DNA of 58,001 bases, counting the filler, from Sphacelaria rigidula (lineage: Eukaryota): the NCBI GenBank assembly GCA_964200075.2. It is 8 parts of 8 records of this genome, joined end to end, with 100 filler letters (N's around TTAATTAATTAA, not from the genome) between each part and the next. Parts side by side here need not be neighbours in the genome. Positions count along the whole stretch, not along the records: positions 7,264 to 14,426 come from CAXNAA020016184.1; positions 14,527 to 21,689 come from CAXNAA020016185.1; positions 21,790 to 28,952 come from CAXNAA020016186.1; 5 more parts are not named here. One strand, written 5' to 3'. The notes under the pieces are model-generated. The model saw only the letters and a list, made by a program, of their open reading frames with translations. It did no database searches and was not told the DNA's origin. Numbering within the stretch: position 1 is the stretch's first letter; each line of letters starts with the position of its first letter. Position numbers and translations under genes: made by a program. Shown here in pieces: positions 10,090-23,051 of the stretch.

Positions 10090-12870
10090 GGGATGGGGCG
10101 TAGTCATTCGAAGCCTGCCTTAGTCGTTTGACCATTGCCCGCGCATCCCTTTCGAGACGGAGCACGGCTGCTACCTAATAGAGACACCTTCAACATTTTA
10201 GCGCCCATTACGTTTCTTCTATATATTGCACAAATACCTTCTACACTCTCATCCCCTTCCTGTTTCACTGCCTGTGGCCTCCATCTATCTCTAGTATTGC
10301 GATCATTTTTTTGCTACTTTCTCATGTACTGAACGATTTCATGCCGCCTTCGTTTAGTTCCCACCTCTCTCCCTCCAACACATCCCGTTCCTCCTTGTAT
10401 GGGTCACATTCTCCCACTAGATGAGTTCTACTCTCTATTGCTTTGTCACAGAGGCATTTCTGTGCGTCTACTCCCTCCTCCACCCAACTACTGGTATACC
10501 TCTGTCTGCTTCCTGGCAGGTCAAGGTCCCCCACCCAAAATTGCAGTTTCAATTATTTCGCGTAGTCCATCGGCTCATGCAGATATATTTTCATCCCTGT
10601 TCCTTCTCTCAACTCTCAGTATATATTCGAGTGCTTTTCCTTGTCCACTTCTCGCCTGGGGCGTTTGTTCCCCCCTCTTTCTGTCATACCTGTTACTTTT
10701 GTCTTGTACCCCGCACCTTCATCTGTGGACATTATCTCGTCGTGGTTTCCTCCCATATATTTCCATACTTTCTCGACTATAGTACGCTGTTCCACGTTTT
10801 TCCAGCCTTCCCTTCGGTCGCTTTCTTCCACACAGCCCCATCATCAACTATGAATGACAATCTCGTCCTGGCATGGCTCTTACGTTGTGTCGTCATCTCA
10901 ATTTCCTCATGTATTTTTCTTCTAAATGGGCACATCCTTAATTCTGCTCTCAATATAGTATTACTCGTCGCTTTCGAGCATCCAAGCTGCTTCTGTCTTT
11001 TTCCGATCCTTTCTTCTGTCCTATTCTGCTCTTTTTTCCTGCTCCTGACGACGGGCTGGATTGTTGCAGTCAGCAAATGTGAGATAGTCAATGAACCAAT
11101 CAATGTCAGCTGCTGTCATCTGTACTGTTTCCATCTGCCTCACCACCTTCACGTTACCCTCCCATACTTCTCCTGCATATTCCAGCTTTGGTACAATCAC
11201 ATTCATCAGGATACACCTCTTAACCCCAGTGTCTAGGTGCGAGTCTCGGAGGATCACGTCCATCTTGCGTATCTGTGCCTTACCCTCACTAGCACTTCTT
11301 CAATGTGTGCAACCCAAGAACAGTTTTTTGAGATCTATACGCCAAGGTATGTATACTGGTCTACGATCGGCAGTTCCTCTTCTCCCCATTTGTGTTTTAA
11401 CTCTACATAGTTCTCCTTATCTTCGTGCCAGATGAGTGACGCGCATTTGTTCACATTCGCTGTCACCCTCCATTTCCTAGTGTATCCTAGCACCTTCTCT
11501 ATTCGTTTTTGCAATCATTGCGGTGTTCTGATATCCCCACGAAATCATCCGCGAACATCAATCCCGATACCGTATCTTTCCCCACCTTGACTTCGTGACT
11601 TGCTACTTCCACTGCTACTATCATGTCATTAATAAATGCCTTGAATAAAGTGGGTGATAACGTACATCCTTGTGCAAGTCCTTGTAAAATATCGAAATAT
11701 TTCGATATTTCCCCGTCTAGCATCATAGCACTTTGGCACGTTCTGTCATCTTCACAATCCTCCACATCTTTCCTCTGATCCCAGTTTCTCACAACTTTTC
11801 CCACAGCCTTTTTCTCCATACTGTGCCATAAGTATTTTGTACGTCCAGGAAGAAACAGTACGTTGTCAGCCCGGCATCATTCCAACCTTGAATAATCTTC
11901 CCTGGTGTGTACACATGGTCTACGCAACTGCGGTTTGGTCTATAACCTGCTTGCACCTCACTGGTCTTTTCTTCTTTTTCTGGCATCGTTCCCACTCTAT
12001 CGTTCAGAATCTTACATAATGTTTTCCCTACCGTGCTCAGTAGCGTTATCCCTCCATAATCCCCAGGGTCAGCCTTGTCTCCTTCCTTGAAACGTTTGCT
12101 ACTACTCCTTGCCCCTCCACCTCAATTACACAGCAAAACTACCACGGTGATCATTCCCTTTCCCCCGCAATTCATAAATATCTTCACTAACGCGTGTTCT
12201 CCTGCTGCCTTTCTGTTCTTGAGTTTAGCTACGCACTCCTTTACTTCATCTCTAGTGAACTCTCTCTGCAATTCTCTTGAAACCAATACTTTCCCGTCTT
12301 GATGCCTCTACATATTCCTGTGCCCACGCGTGGGTTTCTTTTTCGATTTCACGTCGACCATCTCGTTAGTTATTGGTGCTCCTAGTTTTCGATAGTGCTC
12401 TACGAGTACTTCTCTGTTTCCCTTTGTACTACCACTGTACCGTTCCGTGCTCGTAGTGCGGCTATTCCCTTGTGTGCCTCTCCTACCTGCTTTCCCAGCA
12501 TCCCTTATATTCCTTCCCACATTTGCTTCATTCCGCCATCAAAGTCTTCATTTGTTTTATTAACTACGTCTTCCCACAATCTATTTTTCTCTGCGATATA
12601 TTTTACATCTTTTCTAGCTCTATAAAACTCCTTCTACCCTGTCGTCGTTTTCCTCGATGTATATCTTGCGTGAGCCTCCTTCACTACTCTTTTAGCCTCT
12701 TTTACTTCCCCCTCCCACCATTTCACTGCTCTGTCGCATACGATCAGTTTTTTCCTTATGACTTCACCTGCTGTGGTCTTGACCAACTGCTACCATGTTC
12801 CTCTATAATCTTCGATTTTGCCCGATCCCTTTCCATTTCGGTATTAGCTGTACCCACGCTTTGTAATAAC
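10090..12870 (-). mobile_element. Decayed non-LTR retrotransposon (LINE) RT region, in an ETF-QO intron
   Basis: Frameshifted RT motifs: QAGYRPNRSCVDH, FFLDVQNTYGTVWR, QGLAQGCTLSPTLFKAFINDM, LMFADDFVG, VIVPKLEYAGEVW. Confidence 0.9.
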
Positions 12871-14012
12871 TCGTAAAATTTCATTGCATTCATGGTCACG
12901 TTTTCTTTGATTTGTTTTCTATTTTTATTTCATTTCCAGTTCATTCATTGTCCATTTCCACAGCTTCCTACCCCACCTACAGGACTGGGCGCCTGAACTG
13001 TAAATAGTGGTAATTTCTTCGCATTTGGAGATTTGTTGGGTTTTTTTGCTTGCCACCACTTATCACACCAAGGATCTGAAAATTCCTGCATCCGCTCCGC
13101 ATTCCAAGAAAAAAAAGTCACCTGTACTCAATGCTGAGTGACTTATGGGCTCATCGACCATCGGGGGTTCGGCCACGTTTCAGCCCAAATTCTGCCTCTC
13201 CGGTATTTTCGGTCGATCGAGCCTGTCCCGATCATATTCGTGAAGAAATGCACTGGATTTTTGTTGAAATTCTACCTACTCATGGTACTAGAGCCGAAAA
13301 ACTATGTTTCACGGTCGATAACACCCTCCTAATAAACGGGGCATCAACTCGCATCGCCCGATAACACCAAGTAACACTAACTAGGACTCTGTGGGGGAGA
13401 ATACGACTTGTTTATGTTATCAAAATCTACCGACGCTAGCACTTTCAAGTTCTATCAAAGAGTAGTCGCGAGAAAAAACCCTCCTGAACGAAAAATGGTT
13501 CAGGCTCCCAGTACTATATCCTCATAACTCTCGTCTGTTGGCTGTACATATTGGACAACGATCCGTAGTTCCTACGTCTGCTGCGCACTCAGGCACTTCC
13601 GCTTCCGTACTATTTCCATATTATACCACTATGTAGACAAGAATGGAGAAATTTCCCTATTGTGTGCATTTGCCTAGTCCATTGCGAGAGCAGGGGGAAC
13701 AACATACAGATCTGGAGAAAACTACGTACAGCATATAGGTGACGTGCGTGGATGAGCCAAGATAGGTGACAACGACAGATACAGCACGTCCACGTTGGAC
13801 ATCCAAATCATCCAATATCATGTCTCGTGCTTCGAACAGGTACTGCGGGGCGGGGAAAGATGACAAGGTGCGCATGGGACCAACTTATCCACATAACAAT
13901 GATCATTTTAATTATTTCCGATTGGGATATTCCCTTTATTGCGCATTTGCTACACAATGAAACGGTATGTGGTGTCAACATATGAACGAACTCGAAATGA
14001 CATGTACACACA

Positions 14013-14080
14013 CACATACATACATACATACATACATACATACATACATACATACATACATACATACATACATACATACA
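14013..14080. repeat. (ACAT)n microsatellite
   Basis: Direct reading. Confidence 0.95.
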
Positions 14081-14167
14081 TGCATTCATATAGGCATAGC
14101 TAAAAAATGGGCCTGGGGCACAATTTCTATCGAAAAATAGCGATAAGTGAAACAGTGGCAAACACAC

Positions 14168-14406
14168 CTCTGACGCCACTCTCTCCAGACCCGTCTTGAT
14201 CCTCAAATGCGCCGGTTGGTCGTGCTCGTGCTTCACCCCCGTGAGCGCTAGGTTGTTGAGCAGGTCGAAGCTCAGCACCCCATCCGCCTTGGGGTACGCT
14301 ATGGGTTTGCAAGATGGGTCGTCGGCTGGTAGTGTCTTATCGGCGTCGCGTTTGGTGTTGCGAAACGACCATGGCTCTCGTCCTTTCAACACGTGCGCCG
14401 ATAGAC
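14168..14406 (-). CDS. ETFDH: Electron transfer flavoprotein-ubiquinone oxidoreductase, internal exon
   Basis: aaacaag|LSAHVLKGREPWSFRNTKRDADKTLPADDPSCKPIAYPKADGVLSFDLLNNLALTGVKHEHDQPAHLRIKTGLERVASE|gtgtgt. The KGREPW, YPKxDGxLSFDLL and HxHDQPAHL motifs match ETF-QO. Confidence 0.93.
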
Positions 14407-14576
14407 CTTGTTTGGGGGGGCGGGGGNNNNNNNNNNNNNNNNNNNNNNNNNNNNNNNNNNNNNNNNNNNNTTAATTAATTAANNNNNNNNNNNNNNNNNN
14501 NNNNNNNNNNNNNNNNNNNNNNNNNNATCACACGGTTACTTGATCCCAGTATTGGAGCGGGGGATCATTTTCGTCA

Positions 14577-14650
14577 TTAATAATATTGATAATAATCATA
14601 ATCATAATAATCATAATCATAATAATAAGAATAACAATAACAATAATAAT
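14577..14650. repeat. (AAT/CAT/AAC)n microsatellite
   Basis: Direct reading. Confidence 0.9.
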
Positions 14651-15829
14651 GGTGGTGACCTAACGGTTGCTAGCGTGGCGCAGAGGGATGCCTCCATGCT
14701 GCAATCTGGAGGACACACCCGCTGCGTGAACCCCGCGGTACAGCAGCTTCCCAGAATCATTACAAGGTGGGGCGAGATATGATCCCACGAGGAACAAGAG
14801 TACTCTATAATCAACCACTTGTCATTGCAGTTGACACCCACGCCATTAACCGCCGACCGCAAAGATCTTGTGGCTTTCAAGCAAGGCTGGCGGCAGTACG
14901 GCAGGCGAACCCGATCATAGCTAGCTTTGATTGCTCTACTATAATACTGACTGCCGTCTGCATAGAGGTTACAGTCACAACATGCATTGAATTTCGCAAC
15001 AGCTGTAAAAACGAAATAGTTCGATTTTCTCAACTACGTCCACACAATTTGAAGGACTCTCAAGACCTGAGGAAGGGTGGCTACCCCGTTCCCCCGCCAC
15101 GTATTAAAGAACAACGACAGAGCCTTTGCAAGCGAAGGTAAGACTGAAGTGGTCACAGAGAGTTTCTCCTCTTTGAAAATCCGCCTTTTTCAACCTGCAA
15201 ACCGTTTCATGCGCATTGGTTTCAATTAAGAACGTCAAGCTGTTGATTTCTGTTCAGTTCTGTACTGATTGCCGTATTTCAATACCAGCAAAGTTTGGTA
15301 TCGTTGCTCGACAGTAGTACCTTCGCATCTTTGGCTGTACCCAAAGCGGCCACTTAACCTCAGGTCTCGAGAGCCATTTGATCTTTGTGTACATAGTTGA
15401 GAAAATGTAATTATTTTGTTATAAAAGCTGTTGCAAAATTCGTTGCATGTTGTGACGGTGCCCTCTGTGCAGACAGACGGCAGTCAGTACAGTAGAGCAC
15501 CGCGCAAGTGCATCCTGCTCGGAACAGCCTTGGACCGCCCTTCACATACCTACCGAGTGCGCGACTTGGCTCTGGATCAGTCGTCCTACGACAGTCCTTC
15601 ACTTGGCGTCCCTCCACTTCTCAGGTGCAAGTGTCCACCTCCACAAAGCGGGGGGGGGGGGGGGGAGAAAAGACCCCCCCCTCGCGGAGGCAACCCCCAC
15701 CCCCCTCCGGAAAGACACTCACCCTCGCCCCCACCCNNNNNNNNNNGTCGTGTTGCCCCACCTTAAGGTGGGAGGAAAGAATCGTCCCCTGGGGAGGGGG
15801 GGGGGGGGGGGTTAGTATACAAGCACTCA

Positions 15830-16730
15830 CCTTCGCGCAGGCAACACTCATCATCTTCGTGAAAGTCATTCAGCTTGCTGCCGACCATCGCGGAAGAAGA
15901 CGAGACGGAATCCAGCGACACGGAGGAGCCGTCCGACACCGACCCGGGCAACGAGATGCCAGTGGAACCAGATTTCCGGGCGAGGCAGATGAACCAGAGG
16001 GAGCCGGTACGCAACAACAGCCAGCCGCCGTAAGAGAACGGGGGGGCTATCACATCGGCAAAATACCGGCGACGCTCCCCACCCGAACCCGGGGTGGAAG
16101 CCTGGCCGCGCTGCCAAGCGTGGCCCTCGAGGCATAACAGCGGCACTCGAGACTAAGAAAGTAGGAGACGCCATGGCCACAAAAGCAGCATCAGTCGTCA
16201 CAACGTCACGCGAAGTGCCGGAGGAGCCGTCGATCCTCAAAAAGGCCCAAGAATCTGCGGAATGGCCGCAGTGGCGCGGGTTGTTTTCAGCAAGAGATGG
16301 AAGGACAACGCTCTCGTGGGGTCTGGACGCCCGTCAAGCGATCTCAAGACGGGACCATACTCGGCCCAAGACTCGTCTTCGAGAGGAAGATGAACAAGGA
16401 TGGAGGAGTCGAGAAATACAAGTAAGTGTCGATTCGTCGCCCAAGGATTTCGCCAGATACCTGGAATTCACTACCAGGAGTCTTCCTCTCCCACGCCCGC
16501 GCAGTCCAGCATTCGGATGGCACTCGCGCTCATAGCAGCACAGAACTGGAAAAGACGCCAACTAGATGTAGAAATGGCCTACTTCGAAGCGGACGTCGAG
16601 GAAGATATCTACATCGAATTACCCGATGGGTATCGTCAGCCCAGAAACTAAGTTAGACGCCTCAACATGGTCATGTACGGCCTGGTGCACGCAAGACTAC
16701 TATGGTCGAAGAAGTTTGGCCAAGAAGTGA
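15830..16730 (+). mobile_element. Ty1/Copia retrotransposon RT fragment, frameshifted
   Basis: EPSILKKAQESAEWPQW, KCRFVAQGFRQIPGIHYQESSSPTP, QLDVEMAYFEADVEEDIYIELPDG, MYGLV are RVT_2-type motifs. Contains an internal stop and frameshifts. Confidence 0.9.
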
Positions 16731-19700
16731 TCTTACGGCGGATATCGACTGTATGTGTAGTAGGCGTTTTGCAGTACGCGTGGCAAGTGCAGTAGGTCTG
16801 ATTCCATTCGCATGTTGGTGTTGTATTCCAATCGGGCGTCCTTGACCGGAGCCCACCGCCCACACAACTTCCAGCACCCAGCAACTCTCGTTTAGCTACC
16901 TAGCTAAGACTAATTAATAACAGAGCTATCAGCCACCACTTGGAGACATCTCGCTTGCAAGTAAGTCAAGAGCACCTCTTCTGCACGTGAAAGTGAGTCC
17001 CTGCTTGGCCTTGCGATGCAGTGCTTATCGGACTCGATGGTCTGTTACTCACGAGCTCAAGGGTCATTCCTCTCGACTGCGATTGTTCAATGTGGCCAGC
17101 CGCTGACCTCGTGTCACCCCGGGCCGGGCGTGTGCTTTGAGAGTGACGCCAGTATCACCTCGTGATCAGACCACGACATGGTGACCAATCGAGAATGTAA
17201 GCAGTACTGCATAGTCGCATCGCTGTAGAGCTGCACTGTTTCGCGTTGTGTTTGCATACGGTGTACATTAGTGCATCAATCGTGCTTTCTGTTCAGCTTT
17301 CTGTTCAGCGTGGGGTCTTCTGAGCAACGATCACGTGTTTAGGTGCCAGAATCTTACATGCCTGTTGGTTACTCGAAGAGACCATCAGCTGGGCAAAACG
17401 GAGCTGGGACACCTGGCTGCAACGTATGCTTGCCACCTTCCGTGCTGACACGACAGCACAGGTACGTCCTGTGATTCATCATTTCACGTGCGCCTGCTTC
17501 CGCGTACAAGGACTGTTTTTTTCACAATTTCAAAATTCAAAATTCAAAAAGTCCAGGTCGGGATCTTACAGTACCGCACGTTCGATCAATGTGTGCTATA
17601 CAGTACCCACAGCGAGCACGCTGTGTACGAAGTGCTCCGTAGGCAGGAGGTAAGTGCTGTTGATCCACTCCTGGAGAGGGAAGTTTCCCGAGACTGAAAC
17701 CGGCGAACATGCGTGCGCAAAGTACACATGGACGGCGGTTGTTGGGGCTGAGCACCTGGAGGGATTGCGAGACGGTAACCCACGTTCATCATTCAGGTGT
17801 GTACTGTAACAGAAAACAGCTCCTGTTAGATCTGGTGCCCAGGTACCTACCATGTTGGCCAGGTACGTGTTAGCATGGTGTTTGCACTATATTAGCCAGG
17901 TACGTGATCGCATGGTGTTTGCACTGTACTGTGTGCTGTGGCAGCGTGTTTGCACTGTGCAACTTCGTACCTAGCAGGACTGCTCGAGCAGTTGTGCGAT
18001 CATTCTATGTGAGCCCGAATGAATTTCTGACCAACATACGGGGCTTCTATGCTGGAGTCATCCTGGCGGCGAAACATGTTCAACGCCCGGCAAATGACGA
18101 ATGGCCCCTAGTATGATTGATTGATGTACGGCATTGTGAAAGGTCATTGCGCGGGTCAAGTCGTATGGATTCGCTTCCGCTCCACGCCACAACGTGTCGC
18201 CACTGCATTGTCATTGTGTCGCCACTGCATTGGATCATCACTAAACTGCATGGGACCATCACTACACTACCTGGGACCACCACTACACATCAGAGGACCG
18301 TCACTACATGGGTTCCTTCACGCCGGGAAATCGGGGGCAACCAGTGCCGTTGATCGACAGCAGTAGACACGTCAATTGTAAAAGTTATTGTATGCGTGGC
18401 TCACGCCTTGACCATTTTTTTTATTCACCCTGCTTCTACTGTAGCGTTGCGTTTGACTCTTCCCTTAACAATTGACCCATACTTCATTTTATTTTGTTTT
18501 ATTCTATTCTAGTCTATTATAATCTACTTTTACGTCTTTAATTATTTTTGGAGTTTCGGAATTGCATACGAACATCGGCAGAGCGCGCACTAATACTACA
18601 CCCCCCATCCCCCCCTGCCGCTTTTGCTGTTCGATTTTGCCCGCTCCTGTCGCCCTGAACGTGCCTGCGTAATGCCGCGAGTCATCCCACGGTCGTTCGT
18701 ATCGCATCATACCACGTTTATATCCTCTCCCGCTGGTATTTTTTGCTGTTGAATTGTTTCTCTGTCGCTATCAACTGTGTTATACTAGTGATCTCTTTCC
18801 CTCATCGTCTGCATTCAGCAGTCATAGCCCACGGTGCACTAATGTTGTCACTTTCTCCTTTCACCGACTCAGTCATTTTTTTCTTCCCCTCTTTGCCCCC
18901 CTATCTGCCGTATATGACCTCTTGATTTTCCGCCGTTTGTCTCCTCTCTTTCTACAATTTCAGTTATATTCTCTACTTCCCGTGGCAATTTTACTCTACA
19001 GCTATCTTCGCCGTGTGTTTTTGCTACCTTCATGTTGCAAGCGTACAGCCCCGCCCATCCATGGTATTTGTTTTTGCAAATGTTTTGCTAGAGCCATTGC
19101 CTGACGCACGAAAGTACACCCCAGGTACATTTGTCTTGGGAAACCTGCGATGGCAAACTCCAGGGACGACCACTAAGCGCAACGAAAGCCAACTCGGGAT
19201 AACGGATGAGATAGGGCATCGACAGCGCCTCCATCAATCGTAGCCAATGGCGGTTTGCTAGACATCCAAGAAGATGGTGTAACCATATATCGGGAAGGTT
19301 GTAGCGTAAGATTAACAGGTGGGTGAATCGGAGAAACGGGAGCTGGTGGGCGTCCTGCTGGGCTCTGGACACTGGGCTGTTCTCCACGGACCCGAAGCAG
19401 GTTCTGGTCATCAACAACGGTGAGCTACAAGTACCCCCTTGAGTTCTGTACTCCATTCGCAGCAAATCAACGCCACCTTTTTTGTCGAGTAGAGTCACGT
19501 AGCTCTCCATGTGGTAGACCCGAGACCACCCGAACAGCACCAATCAAGGTTCCTTAACAGGTGTGAGTGCTGGTCCTTCCGCACAGTTAGCGAAGGGACG
19601 AAGATAGGCGAAGTGCTCTCCGCAGGGGGGGACACGCCTACTTCATCCGACAGACCTCGAACTGGGCACAGTGGCGAATGATCGTGCTCTGTAGACCCTA

Positions 19701-19789
19701 ACCAACGCATCCAGTTTGATCGCCAGCAAGGAGACCCTTCGGGAGAACAGGTGCAATCGAATCTGAGGGGGGACGTACTCATTTGTTGC

Positions 19790-20765
19790 TTGCCTTCGTC
19801 GTTTGACCATTGACCACGCATCCCTTTCGAGACGGAGCACCGCTCCTACTCGTAATAGAGACACGTTCAACATTCCGGCGCGCATTACACTTCTTCCAAA
19901 GCTCATTACGTTTATCCCATACTCTGCGCAAAAACATTTTACGTAGCTGATACATCAGACGATCCCATGCCTCCTTCGTTCACGTCCCGCATTTCCCCCT
20001 CTAGCACGTGTTGCTCCTCCTTGTACAGTTCACATCGCGCCACTTTGTGACTTCTGCTCTCGCTTGCTCTGCCACAGACGTAGTTTTGTCTATCAACTTC
20101 ATCTTTCCGATTACTGGTATATCTTTTTCTTTTCTTGTATTCCCCTTTTTCTCAGAGCGTGTTTCAGTTTCGTTTTTCGTGGGTACGTCTATCATGAGAC
20201 CACGGCTGGACCCCTGGGGGGTCAGTTGAAGTGCGACAATCAACCAATCAATCAATCAATCTTTCCGGCAGGTCCGTGCACCCAAATATCTACTTGGCTG
20301 CTGCTCTCTGTACTGTTTTCTAGCTTGCGTCACCAATTTCACGTCCCACTTCCATACGTCTCCTGCATATTCCAGCTGGGGTACGATCAAGTTCGTCAGG
20401 ATACATATCTCAATCCTGGTGTCTGGGTGCGGGTCTCTGAGGATCACGCTCATCCTTTCTATCTGTGCTTTACCTTTGATACTACCTTGTTAATTTGTGC
20501 ATCCCAAGACAGTGTTTTGAATCTTAAGCCAAGGTATGTATTTTAGTCTGGAATCGACAGTTCCCCTCCTCCCCACTTCCATCTAAACTCCAGTGTATTT
20601 TTCTCATCCTCGTTACAGACGAGTATCGCGCATATTTTCACATTCGTTATCACTTTCATTCGCTGTTCGCTGTCACTCTCCATTGCCTACAGTAGTGTAT
20701 TCTTGCGCCTTGTCTATCTATTTTTGCAATCCTTTCACTGTTTCTGAAATCCCCACAAAACCGTT
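19790..20765 (-). mobile_element. Decayed LINE 3' fragment, same family as 10090-12870
   Basis: FVGISETVKGLQK and LIVPQLEYAGDVW. The 3' block GTCGTTTGACCATTG..CGCATCCCTTTCGAGACGGAGCAC is shared with 10123-10165. Confidence 0.85.
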
Positions 20766-23051
20766 GGACCTGGGGGGGAAACGACGGCCGAAGCGGTAGG
20801 TGAGAGGCGATCTGAGTACGAAATAAAAGCGATACCTGGGAGTCGATGCGGAGGAGCTGCCGACGGTTCCAAAGTAATGATGAGCACTCGAAAATTTAGC
20901 GGTAGGTGCCTCCCTTTCCACGATACGTGTCCGCTCCCTTTCGCCCACACGCACGAAAGATCTCAGGCAAGATGTTCTGTCATGCCGTTGCAGGAGGCCC
21001 AAGAGGTCAAGCAGTCGCGAAACGGCCATCAGGTAGGCGCGTGCGGTAGACCCATGGGGCGAGGTGATCAACTAGCCAACAATTATTGAGGTAATGTTGC
21101 GCTCACATACACATACATCTGCAGGCACTTGACCTCGCTTCTCGATCCCCAGTTGATTTTTCATAGCCATCAAAACAAGTCAACGGGGTAGTCAGTGCCC
21201 CTGCAGAATGTGCCTAACTTACTGTGCCCCTCAAGATTCGCGGAACCTTAACTTGCTGTTTCCCTCAAAAGATTCGCGGAACAGAGGCGAAGCGTTTGGC
21301 GTGGAGGTAGTCATCCATTTGGGCAGGTAAATGAAAGAAGGCATGCTTGCCGAAGCGTCAGATCTCCCACGCGGGAAGAACGCAGTCGTGAGACCAGGAG
21401 GATGAGTGCTGGATATGTTGTCAGAGCTTTGCAAGTCAGGTGGGAACACGTCTCATTGGCCCCTTGAACCAAGCGCACATTGCTTGACACGCTGCTCCCT
21501 TCCCCGAGTTGCCGTGTCGACGCAAAAACACACATATATCTAAGCTGACCTTCACGAAGCAGAACCGAGTGCAGGACTGGACCCTCTCGTAGAACAGCGC
21601 GAATAGCACCTATGCGAGGTAAAACTGGTGGTGGATCCGGAAGGTGAGATCTCAATGTCGGGATGGCCACGGCAGGAAATTGCAGCACTNNNNNNNNNNN
21701 NNNNNNNNNNNNNNNNNNNNNNNNNNNNNNNNNTTAATTAATTAANNNNNNNNNNNNNNNNNNNNNNNNNNNNNNNNNNNNNNNNNNNNCGGAAGAATAA
21801 TAGTTTTTCTTTTTTCGTCACGCCTTCAATCCTACGTTTTCCCCGGCACGAGTCTGTGGTATCAAGGGATAACCCCATTTCGCCCCCGGTACACGTCTTA
21901 CATCATGGTGTCACAAATCAGCATTCCCGCACCGCGCCGACTCTCGTCAAGTAAACTTTGTTGCTCACGTCCGCTCGTTTTCAACATGTGACGAAATCTC
22001 GTGATTTTCGTCACAAACGACGGAAAGCAGCAGATACCAGATCCATCCTGCGGGATACGAACCCCTCTTCTTCAGGCCTCAATGGTTGCAGCTCTATTGA
22101 TTCCACCAAACCAGTGTCCATTGTAGGGGATCTGTTAATATATGACGAAATTAAAAACCAGTCGTGGCTCCCAATCTCTTCAGGGTACAGTGGCGAGCAT
22201 ATATTCCATCGTTCTGATGGTAAAAGCTTTGATCTGGCTGCGAATATCACCGGCTCTCCAAAGTCATGAGCCGGGGGGCGCAACAAGCAAGCAGCACGCG
22301 TCACGCAAAAAACATGGCCACACGACCGATTCGTCCAAGGTTGTGTTCTGTAAGGTACGGGTACGTTCTGTAAGGTATGAGATTCCTTACAGAACTTACA
22401 GAATCGTCGGTTGCCGGTATGAAAGTCTTACAGAGTTTACCGAACTGTCGGGTACCGGTATGAAAGTCTTACAAAAGTCACAGAACTTGTCGGGTACGGT
22501 ATGGGAGGCTTACAGAAAACCGGTACCGTCAATCGGGTTACTCTTTTAGGGCATACCCGCCCCTCGGGTTAGGGTAAAGGTTTTGTACAAAACTCACAGA
22601 ACTGTCGGGTAAGGGTACGAAAGGCTTACAGAACTCATAGAAACTGTCGGGTAGGGTATGGAGGTTGCACAGATAACCGTACCCGCAACCGGGTATCTTA
22701 TCAAGAGCAGACCCGTACCCCCCGGTAACGGTACGGAAGGCCTACAGAACTCACAGAACGATCGGGTACCAGTATGAAGGTCTTACAGAGATTACAGAAC
22801 TGTCGGGTACCGGTATGGAAATCTTACAGAGTTCACAGAACTGTCAGGTACGGCAAATACCCCAAAAAATACCCCGGGTATAGAGAGAACCGTACCCTAC
22901 AAAACACGACCTTGGTATTATCATCACTCCTGTGGTGGGACCTAGGTCACTACAACAGTGGCGAAATACAGAAGATGGCGGCAGTTCGCAAAAACTCTGA
23001 ACGGCTTCACGGGGTTGATAAAGAAAGACTACACGAACAATCGCAGCAGTA

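Noticed and set aside
10421..11236. 271-aa hydrophobic plus-strand ORF as a membrane protein
   Set aside because: Antisense shadow of the purine-rich LINE on the minus strand.
15640..15812. G- and C-rich runs as a G-quadruplex or regulatory element
   Set aside because: Adjacent to an N gap and homopolymer-rich; probably a sequencing artefact.
19040..19790. Possible tyrosine-recombinase remnant on the plus strand
   Set aside because: Only vague resemblance with many stops and no recognisable catalytic motif.
22336..22914. About 40-bp repeats as a CRISPR-like array
   Set aside because: Degenerate contiguous units with no unique spacers or cas genes, bounded by TIRs.
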